The notes beneath the pieces were generated by a model. That model searched no databases. It worked only from the letters and a program-made list of their open reading frames with translations, and was not told the DNA's origin. A stretch of 26,008 nucleotides of DNA from Aerosakkonema funiforme BLCC-F2 (GTDB lineage: Bacteria > Cyanobacteriota > Cyanobacteriia > Cyanobacteriales > Aerosakkonemataceae), in NCBI RefSeq assembly GCF_041929185.1, contig NZ_JBHFNO010000043.1; one strand, written 5' to 3'. This document shows, piece after piece, positions 24,466 to 26,008 of this stretch; within the stretch, counting starts at the first letter, position 1, and each line of letters begins with the position of its first letter. The translations under genes and the position numbers were made by a program.

Positions 24466-24978
24466 ATCGTAGGGTGGGTTAGGCACGGGCAATAATTTCA
24501 ATACTTTCGATCGATAATTAAGTTCCCGTGCCGTAACCCACCATCCCACCTACCTGTAACATTGACAAACATTTTCCACCATAAACCCTCTAGACCCGAA
24601 GATTGTACCCTATCAACCCAAAAGAACCAAGCGTTAAAACGCAACAACATACGAAGGTCTGTAAATCTAGCTCTTTCAAGTTTATGCTTCGCTTTTGTAA
24701 CAGACAATTGTGATGGTGGGTTACGGCACGGACAGTTAATTATTAGTTTTTTGAGAGAAATTATCGCCCGTGCCTAACCCACCCTACAGGTTACAAAAAG
24801 CTATCAACCCAAAAGAACCAAGCGTTAAAACGCAACAACATACGAAGGTCTGTAAATCTAGCTCTTTCAAGTTTTTGGTTCGCTTTTGTAACAGAAAATT
24901 GTGATGGTGGGTTACGGCACGGACAGTTAATTATTAGTTTTTTGAGAGAAATTATCGCCCGTGCCTAACCCACCCTAC
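24466..24978. mobile_element. second cluster of the same MITE-like hairpin family: one forward copy, then a 191-bp unit duplicated in tandem, each ending in an inverted copy
   Basis: Forward end ATCGTAGGGTGGGTTAGGCACGGGCAATAAT at 24466-24542. Reverse ends ...ATTATCGCCCGTGCCTAACCCACCCTAC at 24715-24786 and 24906-24977. CTATCAACCC... unit starts at 24610 and 24801. Internal segment (TAGCTCTTTC...GTAACAG...TGTGATGGTGGGTT) is homologous to the left cluster at 10060-10135. Confidence 0.5.
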
Positions 24979-25013
24979 TGCTAAATCCAAAAAACTCAAC
25001 AAAAGGAATAAAA

Positions 25014-25946
25014 ATGAATACGATCGCCTTACAAAAACAAGTTGAACTGCAAGTCACCGAACTGAAAACCGCACAAGGAAGTTATCAAACTTTGGCGATT
25101 AGCTTAGTGATGTTCCAGGAACTAATAAAAACTGATGTACTCGCACAATTGAAACTTCCTGACGAACTAGACTTGAGCAGAGAAGTAATTTTATACGGTA
25201 TAGCTCCTACTTGGTTGTATGCCAATTTAGTAGAACGCTGTTGGCAAGCGCCTTGGATAGGATGCTATACAGCGCCAAAAAATCAAATTGTTGTAATTCA
25301 AAGTCGGATATCAACAATAAGTATAGGCGATGCGATACCTGTATTGCTTAACAACATTCCTTGTCCGGCAATTTTAATAGGTGGTTCGCCTGACAGCGGC
25401 AAAAGCGTTTTATCGAATGCTTTGCGTTTTAATTTGATGAAAACCGGAGCATTCAAACGAGTATTTGTACATCGCGCTTCTTGGGATGGTGAGGGAAATT
25501 GGGTTTACGAAGTAGCGAATCGGGATTTAGCTAAAAAGCTGATTGTAGAAAACGAGTTTCGATTGCACGAAAATCCCGAAACGGCGAAGTTAATACCGAA
25601 ATTCTTTAAATATCATAGCTCGGCGGTACAGAATTTGCGGGAAGTTGTCGATTTGGTTTTGGTTGATGTGGGTGGTAAACCGCAGCAAGAGAAAGCGCCT
25701 CTGGTCGCACAATGTACGCACTATATAATTATTAGTAAAGAATCAGATGAGATTCCCAAATGGCACGAGCTTTGTCATCCAACTTTGCAGCCGTTAACGG
25801 TGATTCACAGCGTCCGACAAAAACGAGAAGAAGTTTGGCAAAAACAACCTTTTTTGGAAATCATCGACGGACGCTGGTGCGAAGGTGAAATCCAGTCTGT
25901 TCCCGATATCTTGCTGGAAAATGTGCTTAGGGTTTTGCACGCCTAG
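25014..25946 (+). CDS. Csx3-like N-terminal domain (catalytic His residues substituted) fused to a P-loop NTPase domain
   Basis: 310 aa. N-terminal YGIAPTWLYANLVERCWQAPWIGCYTAPKNQIVVIQSRISTISIGD is clearly paralogous to the 24090 gene, but its His positions are E/W/R. Walker A GGSPDSGKSVLSNAL and Walker B-like LVLVDVGG. Confidence 0.5.
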   Translation: MNTIALQKQVELQVTELKTAQGSYQTLAISLVMFQELIKTDVLAQLKLPDELDLSREVILYGIAPTWLYANLVERCWQAPWIGCYTAPKNQIVVIQSRISTISIGDAIPVLLNNIPCPAILIGGSPDSGKSVLSNALRFNLMKTGAFKRVFVHRASWDGEGNWVYEVANRDLAKKLIVENEFRLHENPETAKLIPKFFKYHSSAVQNLREVVDLVLVDVGGKPQQEKAPLVAQCTHYIIISKESDEIPKWHELCHPTLQPLTVIHSVRQKREEVWQKQPFLEIIDGRWCEGEIQSVPDILLENVLRVLHA

Positions 25947-25978
25947 AGCGCCAGCAGACCCGGATTTGGTACAACGCG

Positions 25979-26008
25979 GTGCGATCGCTCTCATGAGAGC
26001 GATCGCAC
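25979..26008. repeat. perfect 30-bp palindrome containing two HIP1 octamers (GTGCGATCGCTCTCATGAGAGCGATCGCAC), terminator-like hairpin at the window edge
   Basis: Reverse complement is identical. Begins 33 nt after the stop of the Csx3-NTPase gene. The window ends, so any T-tract is not visible. Confidence 0.6.

Overview
This is a cyanobacterial chromosomal window: HIP1 octamers (GCGATCGC) are everywhere, STRR-like heptamer tandems occur, and SD-poor starts are common. From left to right it holds: a 5'-truncated PAS signalling protein; a low-GC, HIP1-free convergent pair of a Dam-family m6A methyltransferase and a small PD-(D/E)xK nuclease; an AlkA-like glycosylase; a secreted protein; a K/P/E-rich repeat protein; and a three-subunit molybdenum hydroxylase operon (2Fe-2S, FAD, Moco; PaoABC-like order). 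After that comes a roughly 14.7 kb island (about 9.85-24.98 kb) bounded on both sides by copies of one hairpin-forming MITE-like repeat family. The island carries a complete type III-D-like CRISPR-Cas effector operon on the minus strand. Its gene order is cas10 (GGDD cyclase motif present, no N-terminal HD motif), a Cas7 RAMP, a Csx10/Cas5-like RAMP, csm2/cas11, an inserted Uma2-family PD-(D/E)xK nuclease, two csm3 genes, an unknown gene in the csx19 position, a Csm5-like RAMP and an unknown terminal gene. The island also holds a decayed two- to three-repeat CRISPR mini-array, a translationally coupled WYL-domain regulator plus a Mesh1/SpoT-like small alarmone hydrolase (SAH), and a stand-alone Csx3/Crn3-like ring nuclease. 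A paralogous Csx3-like domain fused to a P-loop NTPase sits just outside the right repeat cluster. No cas1, cas2, cas6 or CARF/SAVED effector is present in the window. The most interesting feature is a signalling/accessory module (WYL-SAH, Csx3, Csx3-NTPase, Uma2) around a cyclase-competent, HD-less Cas10. All domain calls rest on motifs read directly from the translations; no database search was possible.
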